Assembly: GCA_963837255.1 (NCBI GenBank)
Contig: CAWIMN010000012.1
Coordinates: forward strand, 58,079 to 122,078
Direction: 5' to 3'
Length of the DNA: 64,000 nt
Source of the DNA: an uncultured Actinomycetota bacterium
GTDB lineage: Bacteria > Actinomycetota > Actinomycetes > Streptosporangiales > Streptosporangiaceae
Part shown: piece after piece, positions 27,640 through 36,521 of the stretch
How positions within the stretch are numbered: position 1 is the first letter of the stretch
Layout: each line of letters begins with the position of its first letter
Notes under the pieces: generated by a model
What the model saw: only the letters and a program-made list of their open reading frames with translations
Told to the model about the DNA's origin: nothing
Databases searched by the model: none
Translations under genes and position numbers: made by a program

Positions 27640-28680
27640 TCAGGAAGGGGTAACGTCGCCGGCGGGCGGCGGCCGGAGGGTGCTGTCGCGCAGGATGACC
27701 TCGCCGGGCACCGGGACCACGCGCGCGCGACCGCTGCTGGCGTCGGTCAGGACGAGACGCGCGGCCATTTCACCCATCCGTGCGAGTGGCAGCCGGACCG
27801 TGGTGAGCGGCGGATAGACGTCGCGCAGGGTCGTGATGTCGTCGAAGCCAGCGAGGCCGACGTCGCCGGGCACCGACAAGCCGGCGGCCCTCGCTCGGGC
27901 GAGCGCGCCAACGGCCATGACGTCGTTCACGGCGAACACGCAGTCCGGCCGCTCCGCGCCCATCGCGAGCACTGTGCTCATGGCTTCGTAGCCACCGTCG
28001 CGTGTGAACGCGCCGTGCACGATGAACCTCGGATCGACGCTGACGTGCCAGGCTGCGAGGCCGGCGAGAAAGCCGGCCAGCCTATCCTGCGCCGTCAGCA
28101 AGCCCGCGGGTCCGGCCAGCACCGCAAACGTGCGATGGCCCTGGACGACGAGGGCTCTCGCGAGCGCCTCGGCGCCGGCGGAGTTCTCCGGCAGGATCGT
28201 GTCAATCCCGAGCAAGTCCTGGCCGATGCACGCAACACGACCGCCTGAGCTGGCGAAGGCTGCTATCTCGGCGCGCAGTGCCGCCAGCATCGCCTGGTCG
28301 TTGGATCTGCTGCCAATGATGATCACCGCCCGGGCGCGCTGTGCCCGCATCAGCGCGACGTATTCGCGCTCGCCAGCTTCGCGCTCGGTCGTGCTGGACA
28401 GGCAGACCAGCAGCCGAAGCGGGTGGGCGACGTCCATCAGCCCCGCGGCGATCGACGAGAAATACGGATCGGCGATGTCGTGCACGACCACGCCCACCAT
28501 GGAGCTCTGGCCGGTAGCGACCGCACGGGCCTGGAGGTTCGCGGTGTAACCGAGTTCGGCGGCGGCTTGCTGGACTCGGCTGGCGAGCTGGCCGCCGACG
28601 CGCCGAGGACCGTCGCTAAGAACGCGGGATGCGGTCGTCAGCGACACGCCAGCCCGATTGGCGACATCCTGGAGCGTCAC
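27640..28680 (-). CDS. LacI-family transcriptional regulator
   Basis: VTLQDVANRAGVSLTTASRVL HTH at the chosen GTG (28680), followed by a periplasmic-binding-protein-like sugar-binding domain. The 490-aa ORF to 29112 runs through non-triplet repeats and was not used. Confidence 0.85.
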   Translation of the reverse strand: MTLQDVANRAGVSLTTASRVLSDGPRRVGGQLASRVQQAAAELGYTANLQARAVATGQSSMVGVVVHDIADPYFSSIAAGLMDVAHPLRLLVCLSSTTEREAGEREYVALMRAQRARAVIIIGSRSNDQAMLAALRAEIAAFASSGGRVACIGQDLLGIDTILPENSAGAEALARALVVQGHRTFAVLAGPAGLLTAQDRLAGFLAGLAAWHVSVDPRFIVHGAFTRDGGYEAMSTVLAMGAERPDCVFAVNDVMAVGALARARAAGLSVPGDVGLAGFDDITTLRDVYPPLTTVRLPLARMGEMAARLVLTDASSGRARVVPVPGEVILRDSTLRPPPAGDVTPS

Positions 28681-28925
28681 TCGCGAGGTGCCCAGATGGG
28701 GTCGGCGCGCGGCATGATGGCGCCGAGCCGGGGCGCCGCCTGCGGGATCGGCCGGCCGGGACGCGGCGGTGGCATTCGGCGTCGGTGGAGCGTCAGCCCC
28801 GTCTGCCACGCTTGGCTCCTTCCGCACTGCCTCGACGGACGCGACACCCGGCTCGGCTGCCGCGCATCCGGGCTCGGCTGCCGCGACACCGGGCTGCTTT
28901 CGACTGCTCCAGCTGCTGAGACGGC

Positions 28926-29048
28926 TGCTCCGCGCCCGGCGCTCGGCTTCTCCGCGCCCGGCCCTCGGCTTCCGCGCCCGGCCCTCGGCTTCCGCGCCCC
29001 GGCCCTCGGCTTCCGCGCCCGGCCCTCGGCTCCCGCGCCCTGCGCTCG
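28926..29048. repeat. GC-rich tandem repeat, about 6 copies, period 20-22 bp
   Basis: The CCGCGCCC anchor recurs at 28930, 28952, 28972, 28992, 29013 and 29033. The unit is approximately TCCGCGCCCGGCCCTCGGCT. A second short duplication, CCGG(G)CTCGGCTGCCGCG x2, lies at about 28845-28890. Confidence 0.85.
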
Positions 29049-29081
29049 ATCTTGACCGGCTTTCCTGCCCCAGCCTAATCT

Positions 29082-29097
29082 GGGAAAGTACTTTCCC
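29082..29097. promoter_or_regulatory. Perfect 16-bp palindrome GGGAAAGTACTTTCCC (candidate LacI operator)
   Basis: Lies 60 bp upstream of the 29157 ATG. It is preceded by TTGACC (29052-29057) and TAATCT (29076-29081) with an 18-nt spacer, giving a plausible sigma70-type promoter whose -10 element abuts the palindrome. Confidence 0.6.
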
Positions 29098-29156
29098 GAA
29101 TCGGACATGCACCTAGGTCGAGCAGGCGCACCGAGCTGACTGCCGAAGGGCGATCC

Positions 29157-30308
29157 ATGACGCGCAAGGTCATCAACGTTGCCCTGAACGGCGTCACCGG
29201 CCGGATGGGATATCGCCAGCACCTGGAGCGATCGCTGCTGAGCATCCGGGCTCAGGGCGGGATCACGCTCACGGACGGCACCATGATCTACCCGGAGCCG
29301 ATCCTGGTCGGGCGCCGCGAAGACCGGCTGCGCGAGATCGCCGAGCTGCACGGGCTGGAACGCTGGTCAACCAGCCTCGACGAGGTGCTGAGCGATCCGA
29401 TCGTCGACGTGTACTTCGACAGCCAGGTCACCAGCGCGCGCGAGGAGAGCCTGGCTAGGGCCATCGCCGCTGGCAAGCACGTGTACACCGAGAAGCCGTC
29501 GGCTAGCACGCTCGACGGCGCATTGCGGCTGGCCCGCCAGGCTCGCGAGGCCGGCATCACGAACGGCGTCGTGCAGGACAAGCTGTTCCTGCCTGGCATG
29601 ATCAAGCTCCGGCGGCTGATCCGGTCCGGATTCTTCGGGCGCGTGCTGTCGGCCCGGCTCGAGTTCGGCTACTGGGTGTTCGAGGGCGACGGACTGGCCG
29701 CGCAGCGGCCCTCGTGGAACTTCCGCAGGGAAGACGGCGGCGGGATCGTGCTCGACATGTTCCCGCACTGGCAGTACCTGCTCGAGGATCTCTTCGGCCC
29801 GATCACCGCCCTATACGCCCGGCACACGACCCACGTGCCGCAGCGTTGGGATGAGTCGGGGCAGCAGTATGACGCGACCGCGGACGACGCCGCGTACGCG
29901 GTGCTGGAGTTCGAGTCGGGCGTGTTCGCCTCGGTCAACTCGTCCTGGGCGGTGCGGGTAAACCGCAGGGAACTGGTCGAGCTACACGTGGACGGCACGC
30001 ATGGCAGCGCGGTCGCGGGGCTGCGCAACTGCGCCATTCAGCACCGGGCCTCGACGCCGATGCCAGTCTGGAATCCGGACCTGCCCGACCCGATCGACTA
30101 CCTCGCGCAGTGGACCGACGTGCCAGACAACGAGCCGTTCGACAACGGCTTCAAGGTCCAGTGGGAGCTGTTCCTGCGCGCCGCGGCCGAACACACCCCG
30201 TTCCCGTGGGATCTGGCCGAAGGCGCCAAGGGAGTCCAGCTTGCCGGTCTCGCGCTGCAGTCCTCGGCGCAGGGCCGTCGGCTAGCCGTCCCCGCGCTCG
30301 GGATCTGA
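29157..30308 (+). CDS. Gfo/Idh/MocA-family oxidoreductase
   Basis: N-terminal Rossmann INVALNGVTGRMG, the EKP motif (YTEKP), and a 383-aa size. Confidence 0.9.
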   Translation: MTRKVINVALNGVTGRMGYRQHLERSLLSIRAQGGITLTDGTMIYPEPILVGRREDRLREIAELHGLERWSTSLDEVLSDPIVDVYFDSQVTSAREESLARAIAAGKHVYTEKPSASTLDGALRLARQAREAGITNGVVQDKLFLPGMIKLRRLIRSGFFGRVLSARLEFGYWVFEGDGLAAQRPSWNFRREDGGGIVLDMFPHWQYLLEDLFGPITALYARHTTHVPQRWDESGQQYDATADDAAYAVLEFESGVFASVNSSWAVRVNRRELVELHVDGTHGSAVAGLRNCAIQHRASTPMPVWNPDLPDPIDYLAQWTDVPDNEPFDNGFKVQWELFLRAAAEHTPFPWDLAEGAKGVQLAGLALQSSAQGRRLAVPALGI

Positions 30309-30309
30309 G

Positions 30310-31449
30310 ATGAGCGCCCAGATCGCGCTGCCCGGCCGGGCGGATCTGCTCGACATCCCGGCTCCTGGCTGGGCAGCGGCGTATCCGGCGCCGGCGCGCC
30401 GGAGCGCCTACGCCGCGGCGCACGTGGCCGCAAGCCCGGACGGCAGCATCGACTGGGACTCCACCCTGAGATTCCGCGAGCATCTCTGGCGGCACGGGTT
30501 CGGTGTTGCCGAGGCAATGGATACGGCCCAGCGCGGCACGGGACTTGCCTTCTGGCAGGCCCGCGACCTAATCACCAGGTCATCGGCGCGGGCCGCAGAG
30601 CTCGGCGCGCAGATCGTGAGCGGAGCCGGTACCGATCAGCTGGCCGCCGGAGCGCATCCGCTGGCTGCCATCGTCGGTGCGTACGCGGCGCAGGTCGACT
30701 TCGTGCAGGCAGCCGGATCGCAGGTCATCGTCATGGCGAGTCGTGCGCTCGCCGCCAGCGCACGGTCGGCCGATGACTACGTCGCGGTGTACCGACGGGT
30801 GCTCGCGCTCGCTGACCGGCCGGTGCTCCTGCACTGGCTGGGCGACGCTTTCGATCCGGCGCTTCGCGGCTACTGGGGCAGCGCGGACTTCGCCGTGGCC
30901 GCGGCCACCGTCATCGAGCTGATCGAGCGCGCTGAGGGCAAGGTCGCCGGCATCAAGCTATCCGTGCTCGACGCCGGCGCCGAGCGCGCACTGCGGCGCA
31001 GGCTGCCGCCTGGCGTCCGGCTGTACACAGGCGACGACTTCCACTACGCCGAGCTGATCCGCGGTGACGCCGACGGGCACAGCGACGCGCTGCTCGGGGC
31101 GTTCGCGGCGGTCACCGCGCCTGCCGCCGCTGCACTGCACGCACTGGACCTGGGCGACGTGACCGGCTACGACGCGGCGATGGTGCCAACGGTGGCGCTC
31201 AGCCGGCTGATCTTCACCGAGCCCACCTACGACTACAAGGTCGGCGTGGCGTTCCTGGCCTGGCTGAACGGCTTCCAGCCGCACTTCGCCATGCTGGGCG
31301 GGCTGCACGAACGCCGGTCGGCCGAGCACCTGGTCGGCGTCTTCGAGCTTGCCGCCGCTGCTCGTGCACTTCGCGACCCGCACCTGGCCGTCGGCCGGAT
31401 GACGGAGTTTCTCGCTGGTGCGACCCTCACGGGGACGGCACCGGCGTGA
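30310..31449 (+). CDS. DUF993-type (dihydrodipicolinate-synthase-like) protein
   Basis: 379 aa. N-terminal YAAAHVAASPDGSIDWDSTLRFREHLWRHGFGVAEAMDTAQRG matches my memory of DUF993 proteins that co-occur with Gfo/Idh/MocA and TIM-barrel genes. One-nt gap after the previous stop. Confidence 0.7.
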   Translation: MSAQIALPGRADLLDIPAPGWAAAYPAPARRSAYAAAHVAASPDGSIDWDSTLRFREHLWRHGFGVAEAMDTAQRGTGLAFWQARDLITRSSARAAELGAQIVSGAGTDQLAAGAHPLAAIVGAYAAQVDFVQAAGSQVIVMASRALAASARSADDYVAVYRRVLALADRPVLLHWLGDAFDPALRGYWGSADFAVAAATVIELIERAEGKVAGIKLSVLDAGAERALRRRLPPGVRLYTGDDFHYAELIRGDADGHSDALLGAFAAVTAPAAAALHALDLGDVTGYDAAMVPTVALSRLIFTEPTYDYKVGVAFLAWLNGFQPHFAMLGGLHERRSAEHLVGVFELAAAARALRDPHLAVGRMTEFLAGATLTGTAPA

Positions 31450-31462
31450 GCACGGGGCGAGC

Positions 31463-32305
31463 GTGGCAGCGGGCAAGAGCGTGATCGGACTCGGCCACCT
31501 GTCGCTCAACCAGGCGACGGTCCAGAACCTCGCTGTCACGGACGCGATTGACTTGTGCGTCCGGCACGAAATCGCGGCGATCGGCCTCTGGCGGGACAAG
31601 GTCGCGCAGGCCGGCCTGGCCGAGACCGCAGCCGCCGTGCGGGCCGCAGGCGTGCATGTCTCGAGCCTGTGCCGCGGCGGATTCTTCACCCACGACGACC
31701 GCGAGCGCCGCACGGCAGCCGCGGCCGACAACCGCGCGGCCGTGCTGGAGGCCGCCGCCCTCGGGGCAGACACGCTGATCCTGGTTTCGGGCGGCCTGGT
31801 GCCCGGCAGCAAGGACCTCCCGCTCGCCCGCCGGATGATCGCGGACGCCGTGGCTGAGCTGGTCCCGTTCGCTCAGCAGGCCGGCGTCCGGCTGGGCATC
31901 GAGGCGCTGCATCCGATGTTCTGCGCCGACCGGTGCGCCATCTCGCGGCTGGGCGAGGCCGTCGACCTGGCCGCGCAGTTCCCGGCCGAGGTCGTCGGAG
32001 TGGTGGTGGACACCTACCACGTCTGGTGGGATGCCCAGCTGGCGGCCGACCTGAGCAGGGCGGCCGGGCGCGTGGTCAGCTACCAGCTCTGTGACTGGAT
32101 CTTGCCGCTGCCGCAGGACACGCTGCTGGGCAGGGGTCACCTCGGCGACGGGTATATCGACCTCGCGGCCATCACGGCGATGGTGCTGGCGACCGGCTAC
32201 GGCGGGTTCGCCGAAGTCGAGATCTTCAACCAGGAGATCTGGGATGCGCCGGCCGACGACACGGTGGCCACCGTCAAGCGCCGCTTCGCTGACCTGGCCG
32301 GCTAG
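31463..32305 (+). CDS. Sugar phosphate isomerase/epimerase (xylose isomerase-like TIM barrel)
   Basis: Family pattern LGIEALHP...VVDTYHVWWD...EVEIFN. The start is uncertain, with in-frame GTG at 31418, 31463 and 31481. Confidence 0.8.
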   Translation: MAAGKSVIGLGHLSLNQATVQNLAVTDAIDLCVRHEIAAIGLWRDKVAQAGLAETAAAVRAAGVHVSSLCRGGFFTHDDRERRTAAAADNRAAVLEAAALGADTLILVSGGLVPGSKDLPLARRMIADAVAELVPFAQQAGVRLGIEALHPMFCADRCAISRLGEAVDLAAQFPAEVVGVVVDTYHVWWDAQLAADLSRAAGRVVSYQLCDWILPLPQDTLLGRGHLGDGYIDLAAITAMVLATGYGGFAEVEIFNQEIWDAPADDTVATVKRRFADLAG

Positions 32306-32364
32306 CCGCGGACCGGCGCCGGCGGACCGGCACCGGCGACCGGCGACCCGTACCCGCACCGGCG

Positions 32365-34164
32365 TCACAGGTCGAGTACCAGGTCCTCCTCGTCGGGACG
32401 GGAGCAGCAGATCAGCACGCTGCCGTCGGCTGGATCGTCGACCGGGTCGGGCTCATAGCTGACCGTCCCCGACATCAGGCCCGTCTCGCAGGTATGACAC
32501 ACACCGGTGCGGCACGACCAGCGCACTGGCACGTCGCAGGCCTCGGCCAGGTCGAGCAGGCTGCCGCAGTCGCGAGCCCAGCGAACCGTGAGCCCGCTGC
32601 GGGCGAAAGCCACCTGCGGGCCGTCGCCTGGCTGGCCCGGCGGCGGATGCACGGGCCGGGCGGCGGCTGCCGCGATTCCCGGCGTCTGCGACGGCGCCGA
32701 GCCGAAGATCTCCATGCGGATCCGGGAGCGGTCGAATCCGAGCGCCACGAGGGCTTCGGAGACTTCGGCCATGAACGCGGTCGGCCCGCAGATGTAGGTG
32801 TCGGCGGCGCGCGGCAAGTCCAGGGCTTCCAGCGCTGAGCGCGAGAGCCGGCCCACGGCCTCGTAGTCGCCTCCCGCGACGTCGTCCGGGCCGGGACGGC
32901 TGTAACAGACGTACCGGTGCCCGTGCGGCAGGGCGGCGAGCAGCGACCGCGACTCTGCGGCGAACGGCTCCTCCGCCCGGCTTCGCGCCCCGTGCAGCCA
33001 CCAGACCTCGCGATCGGAACCGGCGGCCGCGAGGGCGTGCAGCATGGCCAGCACTGGCGTCGCGCCGACGCCGGCGCTGATGAGCAGCACGGGCGCTGCG
33101 CCGGACCGGAGTATGAAGCTGCCGCGCGGCGCCGCGACTTCCAGCAGATCGCCTGCCTGGACGTGATCATGCACGAACTGGCTAGCCGCGCCGTGCGGCT
33201 CCCGTTTGATGCTGATGCGATAGGTACTGGCACCCGGCGCTCCCGACAGCGAGTAGCTGCGCAAGAGCGGCTGCGCGTCGAGAGCCGGACGCAACCGCAA
33301 TGTCAGGAACTGCCCCGGCATGGCGGGCGGCAGCGCCGAGCCACCCGGATCGGCGAGGAGCAACGAGAGCACCGACTCGCTTGACCGCTCGATCCCCGTG
33401 ACGGCCAGCGTGCGGAAGCCGGGCCAGGCCGGCGGCGGGCTCGCTGTCGTCAGCCCGACGTTCCCCGCGGCGCGGCCGCCATCCTCTGGCTGGCCGGCAA
33501 GGTCGCGGAACGAGGCTTTCCAGCCGTCCGACAAGGCTGGAATCCGCAGCGCCCGGAGAACTTGCCGGCGGGGATGGCCGGGCAGGTACAGCAGCGCATC
33601 TATGTCGGCCACGGTCATGGCCTCGGGCCCGGAAGCCACCTGCACGATCTCGTCGCCGGCCTGCACCGCGCCTTCCCGGAGCACGCGGAAATAAAAGCCC
33701 GGCCGGTGATTCGACACCAGCAGGGCCGGAATCTGCGGGTCGTTCATCCGGATGCCGACCCGGTAGCACGTCACCCTCGGCTGGGTGACTTCGAACAGTG
33801 CGTCGCCGATCTGGTACCGGTCGCCGATACAGACCTGGTCGTCGGCCAGCCCTGTGATCGTGAAGTTCTCACCGAACTGGCCGTACTCGAAGTCATCGCG
33901 GCCGAGTTGCTGTTGCCAGTAGTGGTAGGACTCGATCTGGTACACAAAGACGGCACGCTGCTCCCCGCCGTGCCCCTGCAGGTCGCCCTGCCCGTCGCCG
34001 TCGATGTTCAGGCGCCGCACCTGCTGCGGCCCGTCAACAGGCCGCTTCCAGACGGCGGTGTGCACCAGCTGGCCATGCCAGGGGACATCACGCGGCAGGC
34101 CCACGTTGACCGAGAGCAACCCGCCCGCCTGTCGCTGCCTGCTCACAGCTGCTCCCCTCAGCAC
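32365..34164 (-). CDS. MOSC domain / FAD-NAD(P) ferredoxin-reductase / 2Fe-2S ferredoxin fusion protein
   Basis: N-terminal MOSC (LLSVNVGLPRDV...), RSYSLS FAD motif, LLISAGVGATPVLAM NAD motif, and C-terminal CRTGVCHTCETG...CC 2Fe-2S cysteines. Confidence 0.85.
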   Translation of the reverse strand: MLRGAAVSRQRQAGGLLSVNVGLPRDVPWHGQLVHTAVWKRPVDGPQQVRRLNIDGDGQGDLQGHGGEQRAVFVYQIESYHYWQQQLGRDDFEYGQFGENFTITGLADDQVCIGDRYQIGDALFEVTQPRVTCYRVGIRMNDPQIPALLVSNHRPGFYFRVLREGAVQAGDEIVQVASGPEAMTVADIDALLYLPGHPRRQVLRALRIPALSDGWKASFRDLAGQPEDGGRAAGNVGLTTASPPPAWPGFRTLAVTGIERSSESVLSLLLADPGGSALPPAMPGQFLTLRLRPALDAQPLLRSYSLSGAPGASTYRISIKREPHGAASQFVHDHVQAGDLLEVAAPRGSFILRSGAAPVLLISAGVGATPVLAMLHALAAAGSDREVWWLHGARSRAEEPFAAESRSLLAALPHGHRYVCYSRPGPDDVAGGDYEAVGRLSRSALEALDLPRAADTYICGPTAFMAEVSEALVALGFDRSRIRMEIFGSAPSQTPGIAAAAARPVHPPPGQPGDGPQVAFARSGLTVRWARDCGSLLDLAEACDVPVRWSCRTGVCHTCETGLMSGTVSYEPDPVDDPADGSVLICCSRPDEEDLVLDL

Positions 34165-34308
34165 TGACCCTCCCCGCCCTGCGGCCTGCCAGGTGAGCCA
34201 TCAATTGTCCCGGGCCAGTACGTCGCGGGCGGCCCGCCCCCAGCCTTGGCGTCAGCCTGGGAACCGAAACGGCGCCGTCATAGGGTGGAGTCAGGCGAGG
34301 AGGTCGTG

Positions 34309-35088
34309 ATGGAGTTTGATCACATCCTGGTGGACCGGTCCGGCGAATTCGCCACGATCACGATGAACCGGCCCGCTCGCCGGAACGCACTCTCACTGGC
34401 GCATATGCGTGAGCTGATCGCGGCGTTCACCGACGTGGGGGACAGCGACGCACTCGGCATCGTGCTGGCAGGGAACGGTCCGGTCTTCAGCGCCGGGCAC
34501 GACTTCGCTGACGTGGCCGACGCTGACTTCTCGGCGGTGCGCGCGCTGCTAGTGACCTGCACCGAGCTGATGACGCTGATGCAGCAGGTGCCGCAGCCGG
34601 TCGTAGCCAGGGTGCACGGCCTCGCGACCGCGGCCGGCTGCCAGCTCGTCGCCAGCGCTGATCTCGCCGTGGCCAGCGACGACGCTGGATTCGCCGCTCC
34701 TGGCGGCAAGGGCGGCTGGTTCTGCCACACGCCCATGGTGGCGGTCGCCAGGAACATCGGCCGCAAGCGCGCCGCGGAGCTGGCGCTGTCGGGCGATGTG
34801 ATCGACGCGCGCACGGCGCTGGACTGGGGGCTGGTCAATCGGGTGGTGCCAGCCGCACAGCTCGACTCGGCCACCGCGGACCTGCTTGAGCGGGTTACCA
34901 GGGGATCGGCCGAGAGCAAGGCCATCGGCAAGCAAGCGCTGTACGCGCAGATCGACCTGGACCAGGCGAAGGCGTACGCCTATGCGATCGAGGTCATGGC
35001 GGCGACGAGCCAGCTGCCAGACGCGCGCGAGGGGATGCACGCGTTCCTGGACAAGCGCAAGCCGCGCTGGCACCGCGGCCGGGACTAG
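34309..35088 (+). CDS. Enoyl-CoA hydratase/isomerase (crotonase) family protein
   Basis: ITMNRPARRNAL and GNGPVFSAGHD. The ATG at 34309 is preceded by GGCGAGGAGG. Confidence 0.85.
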   Translation: MEFDHILVDRSGEFATITMNRPARRNALSLAHMRELIAAFTDVGDSDALGIVLAGNGPVFSAGHDFADVADADFSAVRALLVTCTELMTLMQQVPQPVVARVHGLATAAGCQLVASADLAVASDDAGFAAPGGKGGWFCHTPMVAVARNIGRKRAAELALSGDVIDARTALDWGLVNRVVPAAQLDSATADLLERVTRGSAESKAIGKQALYAQIDLDQAKAYAYAIEVMAATSQLPDAREGMHAFLDKRKPRWHRGRD

Positions 35089-35149
35089 GACCGCCGGCCG
35101 CGGCCGCCAGCCGCGGGCTGGCGACTAGCGACTGGCGGCCCGAAGACCG

Positions 35150-36262
35150 CTAGGCGTGCACGACGTCGGCCACGATGCACGTGATGTTGTCCGGTCCGCC
35201 ACCGCTGACGGCCAGCGCGATTAGGTCCTTCGCAGCCTGATCCGGGTCGGCGACCGTGCGCAGCACGCCGGCGATCGACTCAGCATCGACGACCTCATGC
35301 AGCCCGTCGGAACACAGCAGGTACCTGTCGCCGGCCCTGGCCTCGCGCAGCTGAAGATCCGGCGCGACGTCGCCGCCCGTCGTCAGCGCGCGCAACAGCA
35401 GCCAGCGCTGCGGGTGGGCGGAGATCTCCGCGCGGGTGATCTTGCCGTCGTCGAGTAGCGACTGCACCATCGTGTGGTCGTGGGTGATCTGGAATACGTC
35501 GTTGTCGCGGACCAGGTAGGCACGCGAGTCGCCGATATGGACGAGCCCAAGCTGAGAGCCCGACCACAGCAGCGCGGTGAGCGTCGTGCCCATGCCGGAC
35601 AGCGCCGGATCGGTCGCGGCCATGTCCCGCAGGCTGCTTCCGGCCCGGCGCACCGCGTGGTCCAGAGCATCGAGCAGCTCGCCCGCCGGGATCTCGGTGT
35701 CAAGCGGCCGCAGGGCGTCGATGACGGTAGCGCTTGCCACCTCCCCGGCCGCATGACCGCCCATGCCGTCGGCCACTGCCAGCAGCCGTGCTCCTGCGTA
35801 CGCCGCGTCTTCGTTGTCCTCGCGCTGCAGGCCGATGTCGGATTGCACCGCGTACCTGACGGTCAGCGTGCCCTGTGCGTCGTGCATGGATGTGTCCTTC
35901 CCAGACAGATACCTGATGAGGAACGTGGCCAGCTCGCGCCGGGCCGAGCTCTCCGCCTCAACCTGGTCCCAGTACGCGGCGAGCTCAGCCGCCGCTTCCG
36001 GCTGCGGCAGCGCGCAGACCGCCCGGATCCTGGCTAGCGGCATCCCGAGCCGGCGTAGCCAGGCGACCAGCCTGGCCTGCTCCAGTTGCGCGGGCGCGTA
36101 GAACCGGTAGCCCGTGGCCGGATCGACCCGGAACGGGCTCAGCAGGCCGAGCTCGTCATACAGGCGCAGCGCCTTGCGCGAGAGCCGGGACGCGCGGGCG
36201 AACTCCCCGCTTGTCAGCAAGTCCACTACAGCCTCCTCATGCCGGGCACGCTGCCCGGCCAC
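35150..36262 (-). CDS. MerR-type HTH domain fused to a PP2C-family Ser/Thr phosphatase domain
   Basis: The N-terminal domain LTSGEFARASRLSRKALRLYDELGLLSPFRVDPATGYRFY is a MerR HTH. The C-terminal domain carries LQREDNEDA, AVADGMGGHAAGEVAS and GGPDNITCIV, the PP2C motifs. One uninterrupted 370-aa ORF. Confidence 0.85.
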   Translation of the reverse strand: MAGQRARHEEAVVDLLTSGEFARASRLSRKALRLYDELGLLSPFRVDPATGYRFYAPAQLEQARLVAWLRRLGMPLARIRAVCALPQPEAAAELAAYWDQVEAESSARRELATFLIRYLSGKDTSMHDAQGTLTVRYAVQSDIGLQREDNEDAAYAGARLLAVADGMGGHAAGEVASATVIDALRPLDTEIPAGELLDALDHAVRRAGSSLRDMAATDPALSGMGTTLTALLWSGSQLGLVHIGDSRAYLVRDNDVFQITHDHTMVQSLLDDGKITRAEISAHPQRWLLLRALTTGGDVAPDLQLREARAGDRYLLCSDGLHEVVDAESIAGVLRTVADPDQAAKDLIALAVSGGGPDNITCIVADVVHA

Positions 36263-36521
36263 TTCACGCTGCGGCCGGCCCCAGGGGCGAAGTCAAGCGG
36301 CCTCTGGCCGCGCGATGGGCAGCTTGCCGCCAGGCTATGGTCCGCCGCCCGGGGGGCGGGCCGGGAGGTCACCCGCTGGCCAGCCGATCGAGCCCGCGGC
36401 GAGTGAAGCGGGCCTCAGGCGGGCAATTCAACACCGGGGAATGCCGCTGCTGGCATGGCGGCGCTGACTGGCCTGCCGTCGGGGGAGAACGCAGCTGACT
36501 ACGCCCGCCCAAGCTGTCGCC

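Noticed and set aside
27196-29048. Possibility that the two tandem arrays are CRISPR arrays.
   Set aside because: The units are directly adjacent with no unique spacers, the periods (33-35 and 20-22 bp) are too short, and there are no cas genes in the window.
28681-29112. N-terminal 144-codon extension that would make the LacI regulator 490 aa.
   Set aside because: The extension runs through tandem repeats with 20-22-bp periods, which are non-triplet. It has no homology-like features and would swallow the divergent promoter. The canonical LacI HTH begins right at the GTG at 28680.
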